Positions 19,959 to 28,907 of a DNA stretch of 64,000 nucleotides are shown piece after piece. Every line of letters begins with the position of its first letter. Within the stretch, counting starts at the first letter, position 1. A model generated the notes under the pieces. That model searched no databases. It was not told the DNA's origin and saw only the letters and a program-made list of their open reading frames with translations. Made by a program: the position numbers and the translations under genes. Location of the stretch: the NCBI GenBank assembly GCA_903861125.1, contig CAIOTF010000038.1, positions 78,060 through 142,059 on the forward strand, in the 5' to 3' direction. This DNA comes from an uncultured Ignavibacteriota bacterium (GTDB lineage Bacteria; Bacteroidota; Ignavibacteria; UBA10030; UBA8401).

Positions 19959-20387
19959 TTAGTTCAATACAGTTTCTTCTTGTTCTTCAAAGACGGATTT
20001 TTTTGCTTGCGGTAAGAATTGCGGAATCGGCTTATCCCATTCCAGATCACCTTTTATCCACACATAAATATAGCCGACAATCAGGATGCCAAGGAAAACA
20101 AGCATCTCGATAAATGCGAACATCCCGAAGCCCTTAAAGACCAATGCCCACGGGAACAGGAATACAGTTTCAACTTCGAACACAAGGAAGATCAGAGCGA
20201 CTACATAGAAGCGGATATTAAACTTGATGTGGGAAGCGCCGATCGGGATCTCGCCGCATTCGTATGTTGAAAGTTTTTCTGCATATGGACGCCGCGGACG
20301 AAGAAGCCATGATGCTGTCAGTCCGGCAGCCGTGAAGACTGCACCGACGATGAAGAAGACGAGAATATTTCCAAATTCAGTTAACAT
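19959..20387 (-). CDS. nuoA: NADH-quinone oxidoreductase subunit A
   Basis: [24 protein letters not shown] and KGDLEW. Confidence 0.96.
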   Translation of the reverse strand: MLTEFGNILVFFIVGAVFTAAGLTASWLLRPRRPYAEKLSTYECGEIPIGASHIKFNIRFYVVALIFLVFEVETVFLFPWALVFKGFGMFAFIEMLVFLGILIVGYIYVWIKGDLEWDKPIPQFLPQAKKSVFEEQEETVLN

Positions 20388-20426
20388 AAATTATACTGTT
20401 TGTAAAATTTTTGAGCCGGATAATTT

Positions 20427-20475
20427 AAAACAAAACTGCGTCGTAAAGTGCAATTGAGCCCCCTGCGACGCAGTT
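20427..20475 (-). terminator. Terminator-like hairpin between the TPR gene and nuoA
   Basis: aactgcgtcg (20434-20443) pairs with cgacgcagtt (20466-20475) around a large loop, followed on the minus strand by ttgtttt. Confidence 0.6.
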
Positions 20476-20503
20476 AATACTTGAGAGAAAAAAAGCAATG
20501 TGC

Positions 20504-21193
20504 TTATCCTCGGAGCTCGTCCAAATATCTTTCCGCATCCCTCGCTGCTGCCGAACTCGAATGTTCTTTCTTGATTAACTTATACAGTTCAATTGCTTGC
20601 TCTTTGTTGCCGGCTTGTGCATAGTTCCGAGCGGCATTCGACAAATATTCAGCCGTGTTCGGATCGTTCGTGTTCGATTTTCCGGCTTTCTCAAAATACT
20701 TCGCAGCATCGGCATGATTCATTTTTGCTTCATAACATGCCGCAATTCCTGCGATACGCGATGCTTCCAGAATCGGAGCATCCAAACTGGCACCTTCATA
20801 GGCAGCCATTGCTTTATCGTACTCACCGGAATTGAAATAACTGTTTGCAAGATAAAACTGTGCAATGTTACCGTATTGCGTTGAGCCGTAATCGTTCACA
20901 ATTGCCTGTAGCCCACGAACATTTTTTTCGGGTACGCCGCTGATCGCAAGTTGGTATTGTCCGTTATCATAGAAGGAAAATACCTTTGCGAACTCGTTCG
21001 CCGCTTTTTCGTTGTTCGTTCTGTTATTGTTAATGTAGAACCAACCACCGGCGACAAGAACCGCAATTGCTATGCCAACATTGGCAAGAATTTTCTTATT
21101 TGTTTCGTACCATGAAACCGCGTTATCATACGTAGTTATAAGGTCGTCTTGTTTCTTTACTCGTGTTGCGAGCGCTTTTTGCTTTTTTAACAT
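20504..21193 (-). CDS. Membrane-anchored TPR protein (YfgM-like)
   Basis: Short basic cytoplasmic N-terminus, one TM helix, then TPRs (VNDYGSTQYGNIAQFYLANSY). Confidence 0.8.
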   Translation of the reverse strand: MLKKQKALATRVKKQDDLITTYDNAVSWYETNKKILANVGIAIAVLVAGGWFYINNNRTNNEKAANEFAKVFSFYDNGQYQLAISGVPEKNVRGLQAIVNDYGSTQYGNIAQFYLANSYFNSGEYDKAMAAYEGASLDAPILEASRIAGIAACYEAKMNHADAAKYFEKAGKSNTNDPNTAEYLSNAARNYAQAGNKEQAIELYKLIKKEHSSSAAARDAERYLDELRG

Positions 21194-21238
21194 CGTCTCT
21201 TCAAATCAAAAGTGAAAAAATGTGAATTATTTGTCCTA

Positions 21239-21267
21239 AATATACGAAAGTTGTTTGCTTTCAGCAA
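21239..21267 (-). promoter_or_regulatory. Putative sigma-70 promoter of the YfgM-like gene
   Basis: Minus strand TTGCTG-N17-TATATT. Confidence 0.55.
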
Positions 21268-21273
21268 GAACTC

Positions 21274-21834
21274 TTATGCACGTTCATCAATAAAATCGTG
21301 TTCTTCCGACCGCACGACTAAGACCGGACACGGCGCTTTTCGGATAATTTTCTCTGCAGTGCTGCCGAAAAGGATATGCTCAACACCGGTCCGCCCGTGT
21401 GTGGCCACGATGATCATATCCACCTCTTCCTGTTTCGCATACGTTGTGATCTCAACGAACGGGATCCCCGAACCGACAAGCGTTTGTGTCTTCAATGATG
21501 CCGGGACAACCGAATCGATCAATTCCGACATTTCAGCAACTGCCTTTTGATGCAATTCTTTTTCCACATCCGGAAAACCCACTTGTCCGAATCCAAAATC
21601 GGATGGATAGATTGTCGGTTCAACAATATACACCAAGATCAACGAAGCATTGAACTGCTGAGCAAACGGAATTGCATACCGCAAAGCTTTTTTCGAGTTG
21701 TCAGAAAAATCAATCGGGACAAGAATCTTCTTGAGTCCGATCACCGGCGCCTGTTTTTTTAATTTCTTTTTCGGAACAGCGCGTGGTGCTGAATTATTTT
21801 TTTGCTGCTTTCTTTTTGGAGTTGACTTTTTCAT
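21274..21834 (-). CDS. Universal stress protein (UspA family) with Lys-rich N-terminal extension
   Basis: KKILVPIDFS, ATHGRTG...FGSTAEKIIRKAPCPVLVV; AGGAGG Shine-Dalgarno 6 nt before ATG 21834. Confidence 0.9.
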   Translation of the reverse strand: MKKSTPKRKQQKNNSAPRAVPKKKLKKQAPVIGLKKILVPIDFSDNSKKALRYAIPFAQQFNASLILVYIVEPTIYPSDFGFGQVGFPDVEKELHQKAVAEMSELIDSVVPASLKTQTLVGSGIPFVEITTYAKQEEVDMIIVATHGRTGVEHILFGSTAEKIIRKAPCPVLVVRSEEHDFIDERA

Positions 21835-22369
21835 TGCTCGCCTCCTTTTGTTGTTTTAGTTGTTCGAGTTCCGTTCCGAGTTTCGAGAACTCGTTATTCA
21901 TATTCCGCAGACGTTCACCAATCATTTCTGCCAGTTTCACAACTATCTTTAGACCAGTCTTCGGGGTCTTTTCAATAATCTCAAAAAGATCAGGACGAAA
22001 AAATCCGATCAGTTCGGAATCCACTTTTACCACAACCGATGCAGAACGGGGAGATTCATCGAGAAGCGCGATCTCGCCAAAAAAATCTCCGTTGTTCATT
22101 TCGGTGACCTCTTTCTGCACACCATCATCGCCGGCAACAACAATTCCCACTTTCCCTTTCTCAACCACATACATGCCGAGTCCGGGATCTCCTTGATAGA
22201 ATACGAACTCACCTGCGACATACTGCCTGCGGTGAACGATCGAAGCTACCTGCCGAAGTTCTTTCGGTTCCAGTTTTTCAAAGACAGGAATCTTCGAAAG
22301 CATTTCTTCCACGGAAGCCGGTTTTATCTTTGACCGGAATACTTCTTTGAATGCGAAATCTTTTCCCAT
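21794..22369 (-). CDS. Cyclic-nucleotide-binding domain protein without an HTH
   Basis: VFYQGDPGLGMYVVEKG and GDFFGEIALLDESPRSASV, then a coiled coil and basic tail. Start at 22369 or 22420. Confidence 0.85.
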   Translation of the reverse strand: MGKDFAFKEVFRSKIKPASVEEMLSKIPVFEKLEPKELRQVASIVHRRQYVAGEFVFYQGDPGLGMYVVEKGKVGIVVAGDDGVQKEVTEMNNGDFFGEIALLDESPRSASVVVKVDSELIGFFRPDLFEIIEKTPKTGLKIVVKLAEMIGERLRNMNNEFSKLGTELEQLKQQKEASNEKVNSKKKAAKK

Positions 22370-22428
22370 ACATATCTCTTTATGAACAATAGACAATGTC
22401 CGGCGTACAATAGCCGGCATTTAATGCA

Positions 22429-23346
22429 TCAAATAAAATCCAACCAACCGTGCGGATCGTTCCCGCCTTCAATGACATCGAAAAACCGTTTTTGCAATTC
22501 CCGTGTTATCGGTCCCGGTTTTCCGTTGCCGACCGGGATCCTGTCAATAGAACGTATCGGGGAGATCTCCGCAGCTGTTCCCGTAAAAAATACCTCGTCC
22601 GCAACGTACACCATTTCTCGCGGAAGACTCGATTCAATAACCTGCATCCCGGCATCCTTGGCAAGTTGAATCACGGATGCACGTGTTATGCCGGGCAGGA
22701 TGGCATTCACGAATTGCGGTGTATAGATCACGCCGTTACGGATGACGAAAATATTTTCGCCGCTCCCTTCCGAAATATGACCGTTCATGTCGAGCGCAAT
22801 CCCTTCCTCATATCCGTCGACACGAGCTTCCATTTTCATCAGCTGTGAGTTCAAATAATTTCCACCGGCTTTCGCCATAGTGGGAAAGGTATTGCCGGCA
22901 GCACGCTGCCATGATGCGAAACGCACATCGATCCCTTTTTCCAATGCTTCCGGACCGAGATATTTACCCCACTCCCAAACGGCGATCGTCAGATCGACCG
23001 GACAGCCCATGGGATACACACCGACATCACCATATCCGCGATAGGCAATAGGACGGATATAGCACGATTTTAATTTGTTTGCTTTGATCGTTTCTTTATC
23101 TGCCTGCATCACTTGATCTATTGTATATGGAATTTCTGCGCGGTATAGCTTTGCGGAATCGAATAAGCGGGCAATATGCTCTTTATGTCGGAAGATCGCC
23201 GAGCCTTTTTTTGTTTCGTAACAGCGGATACCTTCGAACCATGAACTTCCATAGTGGATCACATGCGATAGGACGTGAATCTTCGCATCGTTCCAATCAA
23301 TAAGTTTTCCATTCATCCAGATTTTTTCAACAGGTTTAACGGCCAT
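22429..23346 (-). CDS. ilvE: Branched-chain amino acid aminotransferase
   Basis: IHYGSSWFEGIRCY, AKAGGNY, EGSGENIF, ILPGITR and TGTAAE. Confidence 0.96.
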   Translation of the reverse strand: MAVKPVEKIWMNGKLIDWNDAKIHVLSHVIHYGSSWFEGIRCYETKKGSAIFRHKEHIARLFDSAKLYRAEIPYTIDQVMQADKETIKANKLKSCYIRPIAYRGYGDVGVYPMGCPVDLTIAVWEWGKYLGPEALEKGIDVRFASWQRAAGNTFPTMAKAGGNYLNSQLMKMEARVDGYEEGIALDMNGHISEGSGENIFVIRNGVIYTPQFVNAILPGITRASVIQLAKDAGMQVIESSLPREMVYVADEVFFTGTAAEISPIRSIDRIPVGNGKPGPITRELQKRFFDVIEGGNDPHGWLDFI

Positions 23347-23391
23347 AGTTTCCCCTCAAAAAATAAAAATTTTCAATACTATCGTGTTTAT

Positions 23392-23420
23392 AAAATACGA
23401 ATTACTTGCTTTGCAGTCAC
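23392..23420 (-). promoter_or_regulatory. Putative sigma-70 promoter of ilvE
   Basis: Minus strand GTGACT-N17-TATTTT. Confidence 0.4.
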
Positions 23421-23422
23421 TA

Positions 23423-24541
23423 TTAAATTTCCTGCTGATAGATCCTGTATTTTTTGTAAATTTTCCCCAACATCGCTTCCGCAGCACGATTCATCATCAC
23501 ATTGTCTTCCAATATCCAGCTTGCTTCACCATACCGATAGCCGAGTTTTTTTGCGCGCACCGCGGTTTCATAGAATAACACGCCGGCCGCACCTGTTTTT
23601 TGATACTCCGGAAGAACACCAAGAACAATAACCCTAACGAGATCGATTTTTTTCTTAAACACAAGAAGCCGGAGCAGTCCGCCGATCAATCCCCCGTTTC
23701 GATTATCTTTCAGCCGCACATTGATGTCGGGAAGCGAGAGGCCGAAGCCGACCATTTTTCCTTTTGATTCTGCGATCAGCACCAGTTCGGGTTCAACGAC
23801 CATCTTCAGATCGTTCGCCAATGCGTCAAATTCCTCGTCGGTCATCGCCACGGCGCCCCAATTATAATGCCATGCACCGTTATACACATCTTTGATTCGT
23901 CTCACTTCGTTCGCAAAGTCTTTCATGTTAATAGTACGGAACGTGAGACTGTTGCGCTGTTTCACGATTTCGTTTGCACGGTTGAACTTGTCTGTATATA
24001 CAGTGTGCTGATCGAGGATGTATGCGTAGAGGTCTTTCTCTTTTTTCAAACCGTAATTTTGGATGAGCGTACCGTAATATTCCGGATTGTAGGTCATTAA
24101 CACTACCGGCGGCGAATCAAATCCTTCAATAAGAAGTCCGTATTCGTCGTTCACCGAAGGGCTTGCCGGTCCGCGCATAGCGTTCATCCCTTTTGACCGG
24201 AGATATTTTTTTGCTTCATCGAACAGCGCATTGGCAACATCCTGTTCGTTTACACATTCAAAGAAACCAAAGAAACCGACCTTGTCGTTGTGCTCCCTGT
24301 TATGGTTATCGTTCACGATAGCGCCGATTCTGCCGATCACCTTTCCGTCCCGTTCGGCAAGGAATAATTCCATCAGAGAATGTTTATAGAACGGATTATT
24401 TTTTTTGTCGATCAGCTTCTCGCGGTCCATACGCAGCGGCGGCACCCAGTTCTGGTCATTTTTATAGAATGTATAGATGAAGTCAATAAATTTTTTCGTA
24501 TCTGCTTTGGTAAGTACAGGACGTACGGTAAAGTTTGCCAT
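23423..24541 (-). CDS. Tandem-GNAT acyltransferase, YghO/bacterial ceramide synthase (bCerS)-like
   Basis: WVPPL, GRIGAI, GFFGFFEC, GPASPSVNDEYGLLIEGF, MTYNPEYY, AWHYNWG and EASWILEDN; lies directly downstream of the Spt-like gene. Confidence 0.75.
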   Translation of the reverse strand: MANFTVRPVLTKADTKKFIDFIYTFYKNDQNWVPPLRMDREKLIDKKNNPFYKHSLMELFLAERDGKVIGRIGAIVNDNHNREHNDKVGFFGFFECVNEQDVANALFDEAKKYLRSKGMNAMRGPASPSVNDEYGLLIEGFDSPPVVLMTYNPEYYGTLIQNYGLKKEKDLYAYILDQHTVYTDKFNRANEIVKQRNSLTFRTINMKDFANEVRRIKDVYNGAWHYNWGAVAMTDEEFDALANDLKMVVEPELVLIAESKGKMVGFGLSLPDINVRLKDNRNGGLIGGLLRLLVFKKKIDLVRVIVLGVLPEYQKTGAAGVLFYETAVRAKKLGYRYGEASWILEDNVMMNRAAEAMLGKIYKKYRIYQQEI

Positions 24542-24556
24542 AGTTTTTCCTTCAAT

Positions 24557-24592
24557 AAAAAACCACGCGGATAAATTTCTTTATCGGCGTGG
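24557..24592 (-). terminator. Terminator-like hairpin between the Spt-like and bCerS-like genes
   Basis: Minus strand ccacgccgataaa-gaaa-tttatccgcgtgg-tttttt. Confidence 0.65.
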
Positions 24593-24614
24593 CTCAGTGG
24601 TGAGTTACATACTT

Positions 24615-25811
24615 TTAGCTGATGACGCCAAGTTTTTTCCCGATCAATGCAAAGATTTCAACGATCTTGTCGAGATGCACGTTTTGATGCGTTGCCATAT
24701 AGCTTGTTCTGAGCATTTCCATGCCGGGAGGAACACCCGGACGCACAAATGCGTTGACAAAGACACCGGCATCGAACAATTCCTTTGTGAATACGAGCGT
24801 CTTTTCCGTATCGCCGATGATCACGGAAACAATACCGGTCTCGGGTTCACCGACAACGTTAAATCCCAAAGCGCGCAGTCCTTCACGAACACGGTTTGCA
24901 TTGTTATGCAGTTGCGTCACGAGTTCAGGATGCTGTTCAATAATATCAAGTGCTGCAAGAGCCGATGCCACCGATGCCGGGGTCGGACTCGCCGAAAAGA
25001 TCAATGCCGGCGATGAATGTTTGATATAATTCACAACGGAGCGAGTGGATGCGATGAATCCGCCCAAAGAGGCAAATGATTTGCTGAATGTTCCCATTGT
25101 AATATCTACATCTTTGGTCAAACCAAATTTGCTGGCCGTTCCCCGTCCGCCGATGCCAATCACGCCCGTTGCATGAGCATCGTCGCACATGATCCGAGCA
25201 TTATATTTTCGCGCAATGGCAACGATGGACGGCATATCGACAACTTCGCCGCTGGTGCTGAATACTCCGTCGGTGACGATCAGTTTTCCCGCATCTGCCG
25301 GAAGCTTCGAGATGATCATTTCAAGATGTTTCATGTCATTGTGCCGGTAGCGGACGACTTCCGCTGTCATCCCTGTAGCCATCATGTTTGCCATAACGAT
25401 ACATGCATGATTATCTTTGTCCGACACGACATACTCGCCGCGCTGAACAAGCGACGGAATGATCGCCTGCGCTGTTTGATATCCGGTGGAGATCAGCAGC
25501 ACATCCTCGTAACCGAGAAATTTTGCAAGGCGGGATTCAAGTTCTATGTGAAGATCAATCGTTCCCGTGAGATAACGGGAACCGGAACAACCCGTTCCGT
25601 ACTTATTAATGGCATTAATCGCCGCTTCTTTTACTTTGGGATGGGCAGTCAGTCCGAGATAATTGTTCGAACCGGCCATAATGACCTTTCGTCCAGCCAT
25701 TTCAACAATCGGGCCTTCATTTGCTTCGATCGGACGGAAATAAGGATATAAACCGGCTGCCTTCACTTCATCAGCGCGGGTAAATTCAACACATTTCTGA
25801 AATAGATCCAA
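24615..25811 (-). CDS. spt: Alpha-oxoamine synthase family PLP enzyme, probable serine palmitoyltransferase
   Basis: N-terminal [34 protein letters not shown] and PLP-lysine motif GTFSKS (SPT-type); TTG start with AAGGAG Shine-Dalgarno. Confidence 0.75.
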   Translation of the reverse strand: MDLFQKCVEFTRADEVKAAGLYPYFRPIEANEGPIVEMAGRKVIMAGSNNYLGLTAHPKVKEAAINAINKYGTGCSGSRYLTGTIDLHIELESRLAKFLGYEDVLLISTGYQTAQAIIPSLVQRGEYVVSDKDNHACIVMANMMATGMTAEVVRYRHNDMKHLEMIISKLPADAGKLIVTDGVFSTSGEVVDMPSIVAIARKYNARIMCDDAHATGVIGIGGRGTASKFGLTKDVDITMGTFSKSFASLGGFIASTRSVVNYIKHSSPALIFSASPTPASVASALAALDIIEQHPELVTQLHNNANRVREGLRALGFNVVGEPETGIVSVIIGDTEKTLVFTKELFDAGVFVNAFVRPGVPPGMEMLRTSYMATHQNVHLDKIVEIFALIGKKLGVIS

Positions 25812-25859
25812 GGGTACAACTCCTTTTTTAACTCATATATTGATATATTATGTGTGTTG

Positions 25860-25888
25860 AATATACCTTATCATCGTACGAAATGCAA
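25860..25888 (-). promoter_or_regulatory. Putative sigma-70 promoter of spt
   Basis: Minus strand TTGCAT-N17-TATATT. Confidence 0.6.
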
Positions 25889-25914
25889 TTTCAGATTGCG
25901 GAAAACCTACTATT

Positions 25915-26907
25915 ATGACTTCAAAACCAATCGCATTCGTCACCGGCGGAACAGGATTCATCGGGAGCCATCTTATCGACCGATTACTATCAAAAGGTTA
26001 TCACGTTCGAGCTCTTGTCCGCGATCCAAAAAAACTCGGATTTTTGAAAAATCTTCCTATTGAGATCGTTGAAGGCGACCTGTTTTCAAGCGCTGCGCTC
26101 GAAAAAGCGATTGACGGTGCACAATACGTTTATCATGTAGCCGGCTTGGTGGCCGCACGGTCAAAAGAGGAATTTTTCACGGGAAACCGGGATGCAACGC
26201 GCAATATCATCGAGATCACTGCACGCGTAAATCCGAATGTGAAAAAATTCATCCACATCAGCAGCCAGACTGCCGTCGGTCCGGGAAAAGGAATGGCACC
26301 TGTAACGGAATCCACTCCTCCCAATCCATTGACCACGTATGGAAAAAGCAAACTTGCATCAGAACAGGAAGTATTGAAGTTCAAAGAGAAGGTGCCGGTG
26401 ACAATCCTCCGCGTGTCAGCCGTCTACGGTCCGCGCGACACGGCAACATTCGATTATTTCAAATCCGCATATATGGGATTGGAACTGCTAATAGGTTTTC
26501 ACGATACATACGTCAGCCTGGTGCATTCCACTGATCTTGTTACCGGAATCATTCTTGCCGGCGAGAAAGAGATCGCAAACGGCCAGATCTATTTTCTCGG
26601 AAGCGAACAATATTATACATGGAATGAGATCGGCTACGTTACAAAAAGTATCTTGAATAAAAAACTGCTCCGTGTGCGTGTTCCAAAGCCTCTCGTATTC
26701 GTTATTGCAGGTATTTCGGAGTTCGCGTCAAAATTCAAGGAGAAGCCATCCGTGCTGAATTTTGAAAAGGCATACGATCTAACGCAGGACAATTGGTGCT
26801 GCGACATTTCAAAAGCGAAGAATGAATTGGGATACAAACAGGAAGTGACACTTACCGACGGAGTAAAGGAAACAATCTCGTGGTATTTGGATCATAAGTG
26901 GATGTAA
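25915..26907 (+). CDS. Extended SDR / NAD-dependent epimerase-dehydratase, candidate ceramide or 3-oxo-sphingoid reductase
   Basis: TGGTGFIG, HVAG, ISS and YGKSK catalytic motif; divergent from spt. Confidence 0.85.
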   Translation: MTSKPIAFVTGGTGFIGSHLIDRLLSKGYHVRALVRDPKKLGFLKNLPIEIVEGDLFSSAALEKAIDGAQYVYHVAGLVAARSKEEFFTGNRDATRNIIEITARVNPNVKKFIHISSQTAVGPGKGMAPVTESTPPNPLTTYGKSKLASEQEVLKFKEKVPVTILRVSAVYGPRDTATFDYFKSAYMGLELLIGFHDTYVSLVHSTDLVTGIILAGEKEIANGQIYFLGSEQYYTWNEIGYVTKSILNKKLLRVRVPKPLVFVIAGISEFASKFKEKPSVLNFEKAYDLTQDNWCCDISKAKNELGYKQEVTLTDGVKETISWYLDHKWM

Positions 26908-26943
26908 TTCCTGCTAAGAACACTGCATGCGGAGACAGCCGCT

Positions 26944-28806
26944 TCAATGTTTCGACATTATTTCGCGTCTAATTTTTTCCGGTATCATAACACCGGCTTG
27001 CTCCGCTTTACGAAGGTAGTATTGCGCTGAATCAGTCTCCCCCGTTGATTGGAATACCTTTGCTATCCGTACATTCACTTCTTTAATCGCAGTATCTAAA
27101 CGGATCGCATTCCTATAGTCCCTCATCGCTTGTTCAAAATATTTCAACTCGACGGCGGTATTTCCCCTTTCGGCATAGGCGTTGGCATATAACGGTTCAA
27201 TACGGATTGCTGAGGAAAAATCGTTATATGCTTCAAGGAACCTCTTTTTACTATGCAAGATCGATGCCCGCTGTATGTATGATTCAGCCATCGTTGAGTC
27301 GTACAATATTGCATTTGAAAAATCTACATAGGCACTGTCATATGCGCCTTCCTGCATCCATAATAAACCTCTGTTATAGTATGCGGCAGGAAGCGTTGGC
27401 TGCAGCAAGATGACATTGGTGAAATCGATTTTTGCATTTCCTGCAATCCCTCCGATAGCGGAAAGATATCCTCTCATCATCAACGCGTCCGGATATGACG
27501 GTGCCAATGTTATTGCGCGGTCAAAATCCTTGAGTGCCCGTTGGTAGTCGTTCTGCGAAAAATAATACTGACCCCGGCTAAAATACGAGATCGGAAAATC
27601 CGGATAGTGTGCAATGGCATCATTCCACAGCATCTCGCTGTTTTTCCATATAGAGATACGATTCCAGGTGATCACGGAAAATATCAACACGAAGAAAACC
27701 GCAGCAATTTTTGTGTGCTTCAGCGTAGTATCAAAATGTGCTATCCCCTTCCCAATTATAGATATGAAGATCACTAATGATCCGGCCAATGCCAGGTACG
27801 CAAACCTATCGGCCGCGATCATACTTCCGAAAGGAACAATCTGAACGGTAGGCAGCAATGCGAAAACGAAGAACAACGCAGGTGCGGTATACGCACCGAT
27901 CTTTTTGCGGAAACGATAAGCGGCCAAACCGACGACGAGACAAACAACAGCGGCCGCGTAAAATTGTATCGGTAGAAATCCGTTCAATCGAACCGGATAC
28001 GGATAGACGGCAGATAATTGTATGGGCACGAGGGATTTAACGGCATAAAACAACATGTTGTAACTTGCAAAACAGAATTTGTCAACGACCGAAAATCGTT
28101 CTCCGTAACTCACCGTCGTCACGGTAAAATGCTCAATCAACATTACCAATGTAAAACCCGCCGAAACAATCCAATACGGAATCAGCCTCAGAACTTTTTT
28201 ATTGGTCATTTCCCTATTCACTGCTAACTGGGCGAACAGGAAGAATGGAAGAAACATACCTGTCACTTTCGCTAGCAGCGAAAAAACATACATGGACACA
28301 GAAAGAAGAAAATATTTTTCCTCCTTCTTTTCTTGGAACCGGTAATATAATATGAGCGAACCAATAAGGAATACGCCGGAGAGAACATCTTTCCGTGCAC
28401 TTATCCACGCTACCGGTTCAACATGCAGAGGGTGTATGCCAAAAAGCAGTGCGGCAAGAAAGGCAACGTGATCGTTGAACTTCCATTGTCTGACCAATGT
28501 ATAGATAAGAACGGTGGTGATAAGATGAAGGAATAAACTAACAAAATGGAAAACAAATGGGTCGAGACCGAAAAATTTGTATTCGACCGCAAAGGTTATG
28601 ATGACAAGGGGAATATAATGTCCGACATAATAGGACGAGAACATCTTCGAAATATTTTGGAACGACAGCGCTGTGATATCGTGATTGTTCAGCAGATGGA
28701 AGCTATCATCCCAATTCGTAAAGCCATTCCGAATCGTCGGGAAAAATACTGTCAGCGTTAGGATGATAATGATTGCTGCATATTTATTTTGAGTATCATT
28801 ATTCAT
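26944..28806 (-). CDS. TMTC-like GT-C glycosyltransferase with C-terminal TPRs (putative protein O-mannosyltransferase family)
   Basis: FTNWDD acidic luminal motif, HPLHVEPVAWISARKD, LLAK, ADRFAY, RISIWKNS; about 11 TM segments followed by TPRs. Confidence 0.82.
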   Translation of the reverse strand: MNNDTQNKYAAIIIILTLTVFFPTIRNGFTNWDDSFHLLNNHDITALSFQNISKMFSSYYVGHYIPLVIITFAVEYKFFGLDPFVFHFVSLFLHLITTVLIYTLVRQWKFNDHVAFLAALLFGIHPLHVEPVAWISARKDVLSGVFLIGSLILYYRFQEKKEEKYFLLSVSMYVFSLLAKVTGMFLPFFLFAQLAVNREMTNKKVLRLIPYWIVSAGFTLVMLIEHFTVTTVSYGERFSVVDKFCFASYNMLFYAVKSLVPIQLSAVYPYPVRLNGFLPIQFYAAAVVCLVVGLAAYRFRKKIGAYTAPALFFVFALLPTVQIVPFGSMIAADRFAYLALAGSLVIFISIIGKGIAHFDTTLKHTKIAAVFFVLIFSVITWNRISIWKNSEMLWNDAIAHYPDFPISYFSRGQYYFSQNDYQRALKDFDRAITLAPSYPDALMMRGYLSAIGGIAGNAKIDFTNVILLQPTLPAAYYNRGLLWMQEGAYDSAYVDFSNAILYDSTMAESYIQRASILHSKKRFLEAYNDFSSAIRIEPLYANAYAERGNTAVELKYFEQAMRDYRNAIRLDTAIKEVNVRIAKVFQSTGETDSAQYYLRKAEQAGVMIPEKIRREIMSKH

Positions 28807-28907
28807 ACGGCGGGAGAAAGTTCATTTTTCTTAGTGAATGTAACCAAAGTTTCTTCTTCATCCAAAAATTTTCATTTCTCCCCAGTTGTTCGTATTTTGT
28901 TTTCATT

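Noticed and set aside
24615..25811. BioF or Kbl assignment, prompted by birA in the window
   Set aside because: The GTFSKS motif, YPYFR N-terminus and GNAT/SDR neighbours favour SPT; no bio or tdh genes are adjacent. Not fully excluded without a phylogeny.
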